The notes under the pieces were generated by a model. It ran no database searches. It was not told the DNA's origin and worked only from the letters and a program-made list of their open reading frames with translations. Made by a program: the position numbers and the translations under genes. DNA of 63,572 nucleotides, the filler included, from Albugo candida (taxonomy: Eukaryota), in NCBI GenBank assembly GCA_040437565.1. It is 3 parts of 3 records of this genome, joined end to end, with 100 filler letters (N's around TTAATTAATTAA, not from the genome) between each part and the next. Parts side by side here need not be neighbours in the genome. Positions count along the whole stretch, not along the records: positions 1 to 22,209 come from JBDOQK010000102.1; positions 22,310 to 44,307 come from JBDOQK010000103.1; 1 more part is not named here. One strand, written 5' to 3'. Below, in pieces: positions 12,331-25,846 of the stretch (its first letter is position 1; each line of letters begins with the position of its first letter).

Positions 12331-14146
12331 TGGAGAAGATTGGATATCAAGTTCTTATTATCATAAAGAAATTCCAGTTTTGAGATTGGGCCATGACGGG
12401 ATGAAGTCATTTCGCAAAACACATGCATCACTGCTAGCAGTTGACATGAAAACGTGATGGTCGATCTCTTCATGCTGGTCGCTGACTTAAACATATGTAA
12501 TATATCCGAGCAATAGAATTTAGCAGTGCATTGCTNNNNNNNNNNNNNNNNNNNNNNNNNNNNNNNNNNNNNNNNNNNNNNNNNNNNNNNNNNNNNNNNN
12601 NNNNNNNNNNNNNNNNNNNNNNNNNNNNNNNNNNNCACACCACTTTTGAAAACACGGTGGCTTTGGACAAGTTTCACAACTTTCTATCATTTACACGCCG
12701 GACACAGTCTCGTATTATGGTGGTTGAGGCTACTGTAATACAGTACTATCAAATAGACGACATTTCATCATCATAGGTATTTTCACGAGACATTTTCATT
12801 ATGTATGTTTCTTATGTAAAGATACCCTAGGCAAATAGAGAAGTCAGTTAGTCCAATTCTTGTAATATAGACACCTTCAGCTGGAGAAGATTGGATATCA
12901 AGTTCTTATTATCATAAAGAAATTCCAGTTTTGAGATTGGGCCATGACGGGATGAAGTCATTTCGCAAAACACATGCATCACTGCTAGCAGTTGACATGA
13001 AAACGTGATGGTCGATCTCTTCATGCTGGTCGCTGACTTAAACATATGTAATATATCCGAGCAATAGAATTTAGCAGTGCATTGCTAATCTAAGGGATGG
13101 TGATGAAAGTAAGAGAAACAATTGAAGGATAAAAAAATTAACGACCTTGCAGATGACTAATCAGTCCAGAATATGTCGCAGACTATATTTAAGGCTATTG
13201 AGGTTTTCTGTTGATGTGTTACATTTTCTATATATGCTACATTTAGGTATAGATTACGATTCTCTTTCTCGTAATATCTACCGCTGAAACCCGGCATAGC
13301 ATTTTTGTGTGGAGCCATGTCAGGAGAATGTTGTAGAAACTCTGTTATACCTAACATACATATGACACATAGCTTAAGGCCATTACAATCGAACGCATCA
13401 TGGGAATAATTTAGATCACCATGACACTGCGGTATCTGTAGTCGTATAGGTAGTCATTTTCTATACCCTATAGCAGACTTTAAGAAAAGATCGTCGCGAA
13501 AATGAGTTCCGGCGTATCAAAGGGAATTTTAAATACTCTCAGGTCGGCCCAATTTGGAAGTCGTTAGCCTCACTCGGGGTTCCTTTCATATTACTCGTGA
13601 TCCTAACTAATTCAAACTGCGAGAACCATCAATGTGTAAACTTGCCTCACTGAGCATGAATTACGGCTTCTCACGATTATATAGATTTTACCTTAGTTAC
13701 AGCATCCGCACTATCTTCAATTTCTACCTATAGCTTGGGATGTTCTCAAGAAATTCAAGGCTGGATCAAGTCACAGATAAATAGCGCGAATGAATGATTA
13801 TGTCGGCTGTAGTGTACATTTGTTCCAGCAAAGGCTAGTAATGAACAATTATGGGTGAGCGTAAGAACCCCTTATCGATACATACATTTCGTCACGGTTA
13901 CAGAGTATTTAACCCAGCATCGGGCATAATGCACTAGACAATTCGCGTACACGCCTGGATTTGGCAGAGCCCCTCGACAGGAAGAATGAGGCTGTGAAGA
14001 CTACGGGCAAATTTGTATCTAGCAGGTGGTGACATCCATTTTTGTCTGATTTCCGGTTCGAGATAACATATTATTGCAACAAAAGCAATTAAAACGTATA
14101 ATAGAGAACAACTTCTTGAATCGCAAATAACCCATCAAACAACAAT

Positions 14147-15210
14147 AGTAGAGTACGATGAGGTACTAGATCCGAATTGTGTGATGCTTGGATTAATACG
14201 CAATTCGGAAAAGGTATTGATATCCCGACAACTTTTTAAATTACAGCATGCCTAGTTTAATTATTACTCTCACAACTTTTTTATTTTTGCAAAATACACA
14301 CATGATTTTACATCTCCAACTAATTACTACCATACACACCCTATATTGTTGCTCCAACAGCTGCAATCGAGGATTATTTGTGATTGTCTAATACACAGAA
14401 CGTTTCATCTGTGATAGGCTATTACTTCTGACAATTTCCATTTGACACATAGCATTTGAGCATCGGACACAGGGAAATGCAGGTGCAGCAAGTGCGGAAA
14501 ATCGGCCATAACAAGCGGTCTTGCGGAATTCCGGTTACAAGATTAGATACAGCACAAGCTTTAGTAAAAATTAGATATTTTTCCTCCACAGAATTATTTC
14601 TCAACACATTTTACCTTCGGCCGTTAGTGTATAATCACTTTTGCATCTTTACGAGGCATTATAGCTTAACAAACTGGCAATGAATCGTCTACTAGTGATG
14701 GATGAGTGTTTAGCTCAGTTGAAGGTACCTTTCTCTACTAGATTTGGCCTTAGACGTAAATGGCTTCTACTAGTTAAAATTGTAAACTTCGTTGTTTTTC
14801 AAAAAAGTTGTGGGAGTAATAATCCAAGTGGGCAGGACGTAATCTTAATTGCGAATTAATTTAATCTAAAAAAACACTTGTCGGGATATCAATACCACTA
14901 ATTATTGCTCCAAAAAAGTTGTGGGAGTAATAATCTAAGTAGGCATGATGTAATTTAAAATAAAAAATAAAAATGNNNNNNNNNNNNNNNNNNNNNNNNN
15001 NNNNNNNNNNNNNNNNNNNNNNNNNNNNNNNNNNNNNNNNNNNNNNNNNNNNNNNNNNNNNNNNNNNNNNNNNNNAATTTAAAATAAAAAATAAAAATGT
15101 AATTAAAAAAAAGTTGTCGGGATATCAATACCCTTCCGAAATTCAATGCTTCAGTCAAGTAAAATGAATACTCAAGAATAATGATGCCGAATCTAGTACT
15201 CTTCTCTACG
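14147..15210. mobile_element. Non-autonomous TIR element (MITE-like)
   Basis: Inverted repeats ttcggaaaaggtattgatatcccgacaacttttt (~14205) and aaaaagttgtcgggatatcaatacccttccgaa (~15108-15140), an extra internal copy at ~14878, and outer tactagat/atctagta inverted motifs; second copy at 35505-36115. Confidence 0.7.
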
Positions 15211-15397
15211 ATTATTCAGAAAAAACATTCACTGAACTTACGTACGCGAAGAATTTATAGGCTGGCATTGACCTTTGATATCCAAGACATGCATGTGCGC
15301 ATTAAGTGGCGTGTTCCCTGCACGAGTTTATCCACTCTATCATTATAAAAAAATCTAATTTTTCCAATGAGAATTTGATACAAAGATGAGCTTTCTC

Positions 15398-16231
15398 TCA
15401 TTGTTTGCAAGCAGAGGACATACACAGTGTGTACTCCAATTGGCAGCATTTATCATGATCGATGATCGATATAATACAAGTTGAGGGTATTTTCGGGTTT
15501 AATTGTTGCCTTTTCTGTTTAATCAACGCTCTTACCAATCGCATGAAACGTTCACTTAGTATTCCGTGTTCCTCTGAGGTTGATCCTGTTAGCATTCTTT
15601 GCGTAAGGTTCCTTCGTATCATAAAGTCGTTCGATATATTGCAGGCTTCGTGTCTATTATTGTCCAAGCGAATTCGAGATGTTCCGGAGTGTGAAACAGA
15701 CGCGGTTAGTGACGATCTCAATGACTGCGCACGCTCACAAAGATACTCAAGTGCTGTATCGACTTGCTCCGAACACTTAAACCGCACGTTCGCCTTGCCA
15801 CGCTTGGAGGCAGCCGTGAACCTATTTCCTTAGTGATCTGGTACGCTGATTTAGAATGTGAAAATAAACTTTTTAATGTTGAACCGAAGTATGCGTTAAT
15901 AGAGCCTCTTCTATAGCTTGTTTGAGGTAAGAGTCTGCAAAATCTCTGTCAGGCTGTTCTTCAGATTGACTTTGATCAACACTTCGGGATAATGATGCTT
16001 CACAATCAAAGCTCAATAGGTATTTCGACCGTTGTAAACTCGACCAGTACAACGACGGATCCTCACCGCGTTGGCTGATCAGACTATTCAAGTGCCAATA
16101 TTCAATTGATAAAGCCTGACGAACCTGACCAAAATCGCGTTCAAAGACTACGGCGAACGTGGACCTAATATTCGGATCATATCACACGTTTTGATCTTTA
16201 CTTACTTCGCTGCAAAAACGCTGCAGTCCAT
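15398..16231 (-). CDS. Hypothetical intron-containing gene immediately downstream of EFL1
   Basis: ATG at 16231 and a GTAAGT...TAG 41-nt intron (16165-16205) splice in frame into ORF 15873-16091; the link to ORF 15398-15787 is unresolved. Confidence 0.4.
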
Positions 16232-16244
16232 TTTCACTTGGAAC

Positions 16245-19200
16245 TTACTTTTTTCGCCCTAGTGTCCGCTGCTTCTCAGCATGCACAACCACCTTTTCAT
16301 CGCGAATAAGCCCTTTTCGTTTTCGTATTGCTTCGATATACTTTCGAACGTAGTTCATTTCGTAAGTTCGTTCACCCAGATCTTCTCGCTCTTCCTCAGT
16401 TTGCGGCTGGAAAAAAGGGTCCGTCTCGAGCATTGTCCAGTGTGAAAATACTAGTTGAGGGTTGCTCGCAGCACCCGATGTCTGTGTTCGAATATCAGTG
16501 GCCAAGCCAAAGCTTTCAACCACAGGAAGATGAGCTTTGATAGTGAACAGAGACATTTTGTCAGCCAGGTCTTCACAGATTACATTTGCTCTCCGTTTGG
16601 AAAGTACAGAATATAATTTTCCCAATTGCTCAGCTTGACACTGGACAGAGCATGTGTAGATTGCTTCCACTAATCGGACAGGTTTTTTGATAAAGGCCAA
16701 GCGACAAGTGCTCTTCATAGTCGAAATGATCTGTCCGCTCAAGGGACCGAAATTGGAGCTTGAAGTAGCTTCGTATTGCTCAGAAGTGAATTTTTCTGAG
16801 ATACAAATATCTTCGATTATGAAGGCTGCACCCCAAACTTGTTCTTCACATAGTGGACCTGCAATTGTCGCTAATTGAAAACCGGTGATGATGCTATTTT
16901 CCAATTTCTCAAGGATTTGTTGGCGCAATTTATCCTGAGCGCCTTTAGATATCTTCCCTGGCGATTCAATTGCGCAACCTCCAAGCGCAAATCTCTTGTT
17001 AATGTACCAAGAGACGTTATTGATCAGCAGATTAGATCCGCAGTGGTGTGGTCCAAAAGACCAAATACGACTCATTTCCAGTGAGCGCCAAAACGTTTTA
17101 TTTGTATCGCTTTCATCCAAAACTTTGCGCAGGTCCTCAGCCAAATGCGTCCGCAAGACCGACTTATTCCGCGCACTTCCATCCCTTATATCATAATCAG
17201 TCGATGCAACTCCTGGGACTTGTTGCGTACCATCATCAACAACCTCGTCCGATGTCGCCATTTGCTTTAAAGTATTTGCATTATCTTCCAAAAACTGCGC
17301 AGCCTTGCTCGGCAAAGGTAAAACTCGAATGCTGAGTTTTACACTTCCATTACATATGGTACCCGTTGCAACATCTTTTGAAGTATCCGATTGCTCTTGT
17401 AAAGGAATCTGCTCCTCGTTAATGCAATCAGTTGACAAATTGTCAGGCTTGCTTTCTTGTATGGTGCTGTCTGCGAGTTCACGAAACACGACACTTTCTT
17501 GGAAACTGCTGATTTCTCCGTCCACCACAGTTTCTCGAAAAGGTACAAGTGGTTCTGACACGCGAACCGAGACTTTTGCAAATCGCTCCTTCAAATCTTT
17601 GATACATCGATCCAGATGCAGCTCACCTAGTGCTACAATCACATGCTCTCCACTTTCTTGAATTTGCACTTCAACAGTGGGATCAGAACGATAAAGGCGT
17701 TGCAATCCGCATTCCAATTTTTCGAAATCGCGTGGGTCTTCAGGTTCTACCGCAACACGAACTATCGGCTTGGTTTGAAAAGGCATCTTTGTGAATCTTG
17801 GACAGAGCAAAGTTGTCGATAAAGTAGCTGTCTTCAAGATAAAGTCTTGCAGCCCCAAAATTCCAACAATATTCCCCGCTGGGACTTTTGTTACGTGATA
17901 CAGCTCTCGGCCCATGACGAGATAAGGAACGATTTTGTCTACTTCGACAGTTGCGACATGTGGTATTGATTTGACTGAGCTTGCTGAAACGCTTTCCCTG
18001 CAACCGTTATATTTTGGGCCCATGATGTAAAGCTCTTGACCTTGACGGAGAATGCCGCTAAAGATACGTCCTATAGCAATATACACTGGTTGCTCGTCGA
18101 ATTCTTGTCTTGGTTCCGCAGTATTTCCGAGGCTTTCATTTCTGATACTGGAAAGTGAAATGTGCTTCTCGTCACAAAGCTGCTTATAGTTGGACAACAA
18201 ACGTGCGTCGACGCAAATCATTTTACATACATAAATGATAAGTGGAGCCTCTTCCGCTGCATTACAGCTCTTAATACCATCTGCAACTTCCGTGGCGAGG
18301 TCTTTNNNNNNNNNNNNNNNNNNNNNNNNNNNNNNNNNNNNNNNNNNNNNNNNNNNNNNNNNNNNNNNNNNNNNNNNNNNNNNNNNNNNNNNNNNNNNNN
18401 NNNNNATCTTTTGAAGTATCCGATTGCTCTTGTAAAGGAATCTGCTCCTCGTTAATGCAATCAGTTGACAAATTGTCAGGCTTGCTTTCTTGTATGGTGC
18501 TGTCTGCGAGTTCACGAAACACGACACTTTCTTGGAAACTGCTGATTTCTCCGTCCACCACAGTTTCTCGAAAAGGTACAAGTGGTTCTGACACGCGAAC
18601 CGAGACTTTTGCAAATCGCTCCTTCAAATCTTTGATACATCGATCCAGATGCAGCTCACCTAGTGCTACAATCACATGCTCTCCACTTTCTTGAATTTGC
18701 ACTTCAACAGTGGGATCAGAACGATAAAGGCGTTGCAATCCGCATTCCAATTTTTCGAAATCGCGTGGGTCTTCAGGTTCTACCGCAACACGAACTATCG
18801 GCTTGGTTTGAAAAGGCATCTTTGTGAATCTTGGACAGAGCAAAGTTGTCGATAAAGTAGCTGTCTTCAAGATAAAGTCTTGCAGCCCCAAAATTCCAAC
18901 AATATTCCCCGCTGGGACTTTTGTTACGTGATACAGCTCTCGGCCCATGACGAGATAAGGAACGATTTTGTCTACTTCGACAGTTGCGACATGTGGTATT
19001 GATTTGACTGAGCTTGCTGAAACGCTTTCCCTGCAACCGTTATATTTTGGGCCCATGATGTAAAGCTCTTGACCTTGACGGAGAATGCCGCTAAAGATAC
19101 GTCCTATAGCAATATACACTGGTTGCTCGTCGAATTCTTGTCTTGGTTCCGCAGTATTTCCGAGGCTTTCATTTCTGATACTGGAAAGTGAAATGTGCTT

Positions 19201-20630
19201 CTCGTCACAAAGCTGCTTATAGTTGGACAACAAACGTGCGTCGACGCAAATCATTTTACATACATAAATGACAAGTGGAGCCTCTTCCGCTGCATTACAG
19301 CTCTTAATACCATCTGCAACTTCCGTGGCGAGGTCTTTCACATGATTCGGAATTCGCGTCAATGTGAATTTTTCATCGTAGTAACTTGTGCAGAGTTTGT
19401 GAAAACGTGCACGTTGAGCTAAGGCTGGACTGGGAAGTACCCGAGTTACCATTTTCAATACACTCTGTGATAAAGGAAGCCATTTGGACATCAAACTCTT
19501 CATAACAATCCTACGATCCGTATTCCTCAAATCTCGGTCATTAACATTTTGCAGTACTCCCATTTGTGTCGCAAGGTCACGAACCTTCTTCACACTTTGT
19601 TCGCTGGTAATCGGTGCTGAGATTATCTTGTAGGCTTTCCAAATAGGCTTCAAGATATATTGAACGAACATTGGAAGGCAATTTTGATTAGGTGATTTTG
19701 TTGTGACTCTTCTTGTTCCTGGATTGTAGTAATAATCACCCCATAATGTTTGCCTCAAAATCTGGATTGGATTTATGGCAGTTTTGCCTGCGGTATCGAA
19801 TGTCAGCTTCTGAGCATAGAAATGCGCAAAGTATCCTATTCCGAAAGCCCAACCATCTATAGCCGAAGAAAAGAGAACATTTCCTCGTAACGGGGAAAAA
19901 AGCAGTTGTTCTTCGAGTGCGGCAATCTCGTCCAGTATTGTTCCTTCGAGATGATCATTTGCGACTTTCTCATGACTTGAAATAGAACCTTGATCGGCAT
20001 CATACCGAGCGATTACGTCACTACGTATCAGAGAGCTAAGTATTGCGTTTCCTTGCTCAATGATTCGTTCCATTCTTTGGTAGGCTTCGAAGGGGTCCAA
20101 ACCCAATTCCAGGATGAGACGATCAATTTTGTTGATTACCAAGCATGGCCGTATCCCTTCGATCCATGCCTGATGTAGTACCGCGTGAGTCTGTGGACAG
20201 ACTCCTTCAACTGCATCGATGAGAACTAAGGCACCATCACATATGCGGACCGCTGTTGAAACGTCGAAAGAGAAGTCCACATGGCCAGGCGAATCCACTA
20301 AATTGATCAAATATGACTCGCGATTGGCTCCTTTTGTTGCTTCATAAATCAACGAGATGACGCTGCTCTTCATCGTGATCCCTCGCAATTGTTCTTCTTT
20401 GGTATCATCGAGAAATCGAATCTGCCAGATAAATGCACTCAATTCATATTACACATCAAATAAGATGCTGTCGATACCTTCCCTGCTAGTTTATCTGAAA
20501 TGAGTCCATTTGATGCAATAAGTGAATCACTGAGTGATGTTTTTCCATGATCGACGTGTGCTAGAATACAGATGTTGCGAATTTGTTCGGTATGAAATTG
20601 GAGCAAACCAATCTGCTTGCAATATGTCAT
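16245..20630 (-). CDS. EFL1: Elongation factor-like GTPase 1 (ribosome assembly protein RIA1/EFL1), ~1098 aa after removing the assembly duplication
   Basis: [50 protein letters not shown] and C-terminal [12 protein letters not shown] intron at 20422-20477; 17373-18305 duplicates 18406-19338 across a gap; start codon is the nearest in-frame ATG. Confidence 0.95.
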
Positions 20631-22253
20631 TAGTACCGTGGCCAATATTTTTTGCAATACGTCGCCATCTTTTATTGGTTATTAACCATAAACTTTTTTT
20701 GGCACGGTACGCATGCTGAAACTCCAGTACTAAATATTTTGAAGGCATATGAGATATTGTGCAATGATCGTTCCGCTATTGACGTCCGCATTGTCGCGTG
20801 ATTTAGTCAAGCGTCCTTTTTTCCAGTCGCTAGTAAAGATAACAGAGATTTCTGCTTCTTCTTGAGAACAAGTCACATGATTAGGACATATATATAAATG
20901 TAAGGATCATAAATCCATTTAAGCATCCAGTGCACTGCGTAAAAAATTTCGTGGACTGCACTATGGCAAATTATACCCAGTAGGGTTACTTCTGCCCAGC
21001 AAACAATAATTTCGTGCTAAATCAGATCAGCTGGCACCAAAAGTCTAATGGAGTGTTGGGGATGTATGTACAAGACAACAAGACAGAAATTCCTAGAGAC
21101 CGATGGATACAGACCATTGACAAGGGTCTGGTCTTGATCTCATTATTTAGTGAGCTGATCAAAGAGGATTTCTGATGGAAAGGCAACACTGGTTATCGCG
21201 TTGGAAAAGTTGAGGAAGATAGGGCGATGTGACTGATTTGCCGGAACATACTTTATACAAGTTCTGCAATGAGTTCCCTACCACGAGGATTGCGTGCGCG
21301 CGAACGCCAAAGAAAGCTCATTTCGTTGATTTAGTCGCCAAAATGGTAGACCAAAGACAGAACGGCAACATAACTGTTTTGGAGAGACTTGTCATCAATG
21401 TGTAAACAAGGCTTCTTTGACTGAATAGTTTCTGGAGCTGTAGAGATATCGCTGATTTGGCCGGCAAAACACCCCTGACAGAAACTTTGAGTCCAAGAGA
21501 GATCTAGATGCGGAATAGATGATGCGCGCACTAACTTGACATTTAGCACTTGATGGGAAGAAGTCAATCTAGGTGATTGACCCGCGCACAATTTTGTCAA
21601 AACACAAAAAAAAACATCGCTTTTCATAGCTATCACTGGGTACATGTATTTTTATTTGGACATTATCGAAGAGACCTTACTCCCAAGAATGATAGCATTG
21701 CATAGGTGCAAGCGGAAAGCGCGTCTGAAAGACAGGAACGTGCAGGGGCATCGCATCCATTGGATTGATAATTGGAACACTAGATATGGCCCACGGATAT
21801 AATCTATATATCTCGTAGAAGGACAAGCAAGCATTCTAAAGAAGTTGGTAAACAGTGTGTACTTTCATGTCCCTCTTATTTGTGTTCACACGAAGCCCGC
21901 TATGGTCACAATCGTGCAGAAGAAGAACGCATCAAGGGGTCAAGACTATATTAGTGCTCTGCGTTTTTAATATTTTCGATCTCGCATTTGTTTAGCGGTC
22001 AAGAAATGATTGACGTCTTCAGCATGATTTTATACCAGCGACCCCTACTTTTCAAGGTCTTTTTCTGAACTTGCATTATGCAGCTTCTTCTTCACAAATG
22101 ATGCGTGATGATGGTTGCCTCGTGTCTCCTCATAAATGCCCGCGCATTACGTATACTGCGAGTTATTCCTACATGCTTTGTAGTGAGACACGACAAAAGA
22201 AACAAGCAGNNNNNNNNNNNNNNNNNNNNNNNNNNNNNNNNNNNNNNNNNNNN

Positions 22254-22265
22254 TTAATTAATTAA
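22254..22265. other. Artificial scaffold linker TTAATTAATTAA inside an N run
   Basis: All-frame-stop spacer centred in 100 N; identical at 44352-44363. Confidence 0.9.
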
Positions 22266-22309
22266 NNNNNNNNNNNNNNNNNNNNNNNNNNNNNNNNNNN
22301 NNNNNNNNN

Positions 22310-24750
22310 AACACCACGAGTAAGTTTACTCGCACCGACAATGGTGGAGAATATATAAAAAGCGTTTTGCAGAAGTTTGTCGGAAGGCGGGTATCATTCA
22401 TCAAGCGTCAGTGCCGCTTTCGCCACATCAAAACGGTATGGCAGAAGGAATGAACAGAACACTCACGGAGCGTGCAAGATCAATGTTCAATCACATGCAC
22501 GCTGAGAAAAGTGGTGAGCCGAAGCCATTTAACACCGCGGTGTATGTGACCAATCGAATTACATGCGCTGCAAGTCTGACCAAAACTCTTTTCGAATTGT
22601 TTTCTGGAACCAAACCTAACCTATCACACATTCGAGTTTTTGGAGATCAAGGTTTTGGTGACGTTGTAAAGGCAAAGCGTCATAAGCTGGACAAAAAGGC
22701 GCTTCGATGCATGTTCTTGGGGCATGCAAATAATGTGAAAGGGTACAGAGTCTGGGGCTATGATCCACAGCGACTGGAGATTACGCGATCGGTGGTATTT
22801 CAAGAATTATCGAAGTCCAAAAACGTGCAAGTTGTTGGTGATAGTCAGTTTACACCATGTAATCACCACAATGACGATGATGATGATAGCATGGCGCAAC
22901 CACCAGTTATCCATGCCCGGAGTGACGACAAACCAATGGTGGCGGATAAGACTAGATATGATCAAACTATTTATCCTTCAAGTGAATGTGGATGTACAAG
23001 TCCCTGCCAAGACCTCGTGGATGCACCTGAGCCACCGTTTGACAGTGATGATGTACCTATGGATAGAAGCCTGGACATAGTGCCCAGGAGGTTTGAACGT
23101 TTTTTCAAGTGGGGGAGCAAAATGCCCTGCTTGCTGTACCATGGAGTAACAATTCTCAAGCTCTGGTTCCGATTGCAGCACCAGACGCCATCGTGAATAC
23201 AACCAGTAATGTATCAGTGGAGCATGCAAAACAAAAGATACCGCATCGAACATGAACAAGCCAATGCGGCGCTAGAAACACCCTCAACATATCAAGAGGC
23301 GATGAAGTCTCCACAATCCAATATGTGGCGTGATGCAATCAAGACCGAGCTAAAGACATTGCAATCAATGAGCACGTGAGCGTTTTGGCAAAACCTCCGG
23401 ATAAAATAGTGTATCGGAACAAAGTGGTTTTTCGCTATAAAGAGAAATGAACGCATTGAAGTTGAGCGCTTCAAGGATCGACTAGTGACATTAGGTTATC
23501 GTCAAACCTATAGGGTTGATTACTACGAGACGGACTAACCTGTCGCGAATTTAAATTCGATTCGTGTCTTTCTGGAAGTATTCTGTCATTACGGTATGAC
23601 AATCCATCAGTATGATGGATGATGACACGGCATTCCTCAATGATGTGTTAGTAGAAGATTTGTATATACACACGCCTCAAGTTGCTGAAATGCGGACTGG
23701 TCAAGTTTTGTAGCTGAATCGAAATTTGTACGGACTAACGCAAGCTGCTGCTATGTGGTTCAAGACAATTTCACGTGCTTTTGTAGACATGGAATTTGAA
23801 GCGTGCGTTTCGGACGCGTGTGTATTTTTACTTCAAGATTGCCAGGGTTCACGGGTATACGTCATTTTCTATGTAGATGAAATACTTGTTGGAGGGGTTT
23901 GGACTAACTCGATAAAGAAGGTCGCATACGAACTATCAAGTCATTTTCAGCTAAAACCCCAGGTAAAGTGCGTTTTATTCTCGGCATCGAAGTCGAGTAC
24001 AATATGAGTGTGAAACAGCTCAAGATCAGTCAGAGCGCATGCATCGCCAGAATGGTAGAGAAGTTCAACCAAGTCACGGCAAAACCGATATATAATCCAA
24101 GTGTGAAAGGTCAAAATCCGGTCAAGTGTGAAGAAAAGGACCCAAGAATGGAGAAACGTCCGGATCGGTCTCTAGTGGGGCCACTATTGTACGTGGCTAC
24201 AGCAACAAAACCAGATATTGCGTTCGTCGTGTGCCAACTAAGTCGTCATTTATAGAAGCAAAGTGAAGAGCACTGGAATGCGGCTATTCGTGTTCTACGT
24301 TACTTGAAGACTGCTGAAGTAAATGAAATTTGCAATGTGGGCAAGTCTGGCGAGCTAATGCTGAGTGCATGTAGCGATGCCGATTGGGGAAGAAACAAGG
24401 ACAATCGACGTTCGACGTCAGGATTGATGGTATTGATCAACAATTCTCCATTGATTTTCCAGTCAAATATGCAACACAGCGTCTCTCTAAGTACGGCGGA
24501 AGCCGAACACGCGGCACTTTAATTGTGCGTTCAAGAAGTGTTGTGGACAAAGATTCTATTGATGGAGATGAAAATCAAGATTGACGGTCCAGTCAGTGTA
24601 TACGAAGACATTCAAAGTGCAATCGCAATTGCGAAAAACGAAGGACATCAGAATCGTGCGAAACACATCGATATTCGCTATCATTTTTTACGCGATCTTG
24701 TTAAGGCCAAGAATGTTCACTTGGAGTACATTGAGACTCGGCTGCAATTA
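22310..24750 (+). mobile_element. Ty1/Copia LTR retrotransposon pol, degenerate (integrase, RT, RNase H)
   Basis: RTDNGGEY, PHQNGMAE..NRTL, KLDKKA..CMFLG, LYGLTQA, FYVDE, DADWG...RRSTSG, SLSTAEAE, AKHIDIRYHFLRD. Confidence 0.93.
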
Positions 24751-25819
24751 ACTACATGTCTAGGTTTTAAGATTAATTCTGCTATTCATTTTACCCCCCG
24801 TGGGAAGAATTCTGCAAGTTACCAAAAATTAATGCACCCTATCCCAGCGTTTAACGTTTAGTGTTAAGGCTTAGGGACAGGAATGGTACCCAAGAAAGAA
24901 GGGTGCTCTGTGAGCAGGCGATGTCATGCAGAATTATATTGCATCCTGATGAGACTGTGGTAACTGTAGCACTCATACCATTAGCGGAATGCAAACAACT
25001 TCCATTAGCATGTGGGCTTTGACCGGAAATCTAATGCCGTCTGTGCTCCATTACACCTGAACAGCAGTCGCCAAACCATTGACTGATGCGACGTAGTAGG
25101 TTTGTGTTAGTTTGTTTACTAATGCGGTTAGTATAGATTCTGGATGAATGAATCTCGACTTGATTCTGCATCCCAATTTATTTGCGCACATGATTGGAAG
25201 CAAGATGTATTAAACAAGTTATAAGAAACTACAGAGTATAAAAACAGTTATAAAATCCTGCTTCTTCGTGGCGAAAAGACTAGATATGAGATATATGATA
25301 TATAATGCACTGCTAGTAAGCGTTACGGAATAGTTTTTTAAGAAACTAATGCATTAATCTAGTTTCTGCGGATCAGATAAGGGGATATGTATATTACGTG
25401 CTATAGTACTGGCTATAATCCTAATTACTCAGCGCAACACAGAAGCTCCATCCGTAATGAAAACTTGTAATAACTAATTCNNNNNNNNNNNNNNNNNNNN
25501 NNNNNNNNNNNNNNNNNNNNNNNNNNNNNNNNNNNNNNNNNNNNNNNNNNNNNNNNNNNNNNNNNNNNNNNNNNNNNNNNGTAATGAAAACTTGTAATAA
25601 CTAATTCAGAAATCAAGTCTTAGAGGTATGTTTGCATGCTCAGTCCATTGTGAATGTTCTGCAAAAATTGAATGCGTCAACAATGCAATCGCATAACTTT
25701 GCTTAACATGTATTAGTCGATAATCGCTTCTCCCTACTCCTTACCCGCTTCGATTTTTTTTAGATACAATCAAATGTTTCTCCGAATTGGATGGTGTAGC
25801 GGAGCCTGTAGAGTGAAAA

Positions 25820-25837
25820 CTCACTATTAGTTTTACC
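25820..25837 (+). promoter_or_regulatory. Possible oomycete Inr/FPR core promoter
   Basis: CTCACTATTAGTTTTACC ~10-27 nt upstream of ATG 25847 loosely resembles TCAYTY...WTTTNC. Confidence 0.3.
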
Positions 25838-25846
25838 AGGAAAAGA

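Noticed and set aside
12085-13086. ~450-nt direct repeat resembling LTRs
   Set aside because: Apparently exact copies flanking an N gap; assembly artefact.
20990-22209. Possible gag/zinc-knuckle remnants
   Set aside because: Too degenerate to assign family, strand or boundaries.
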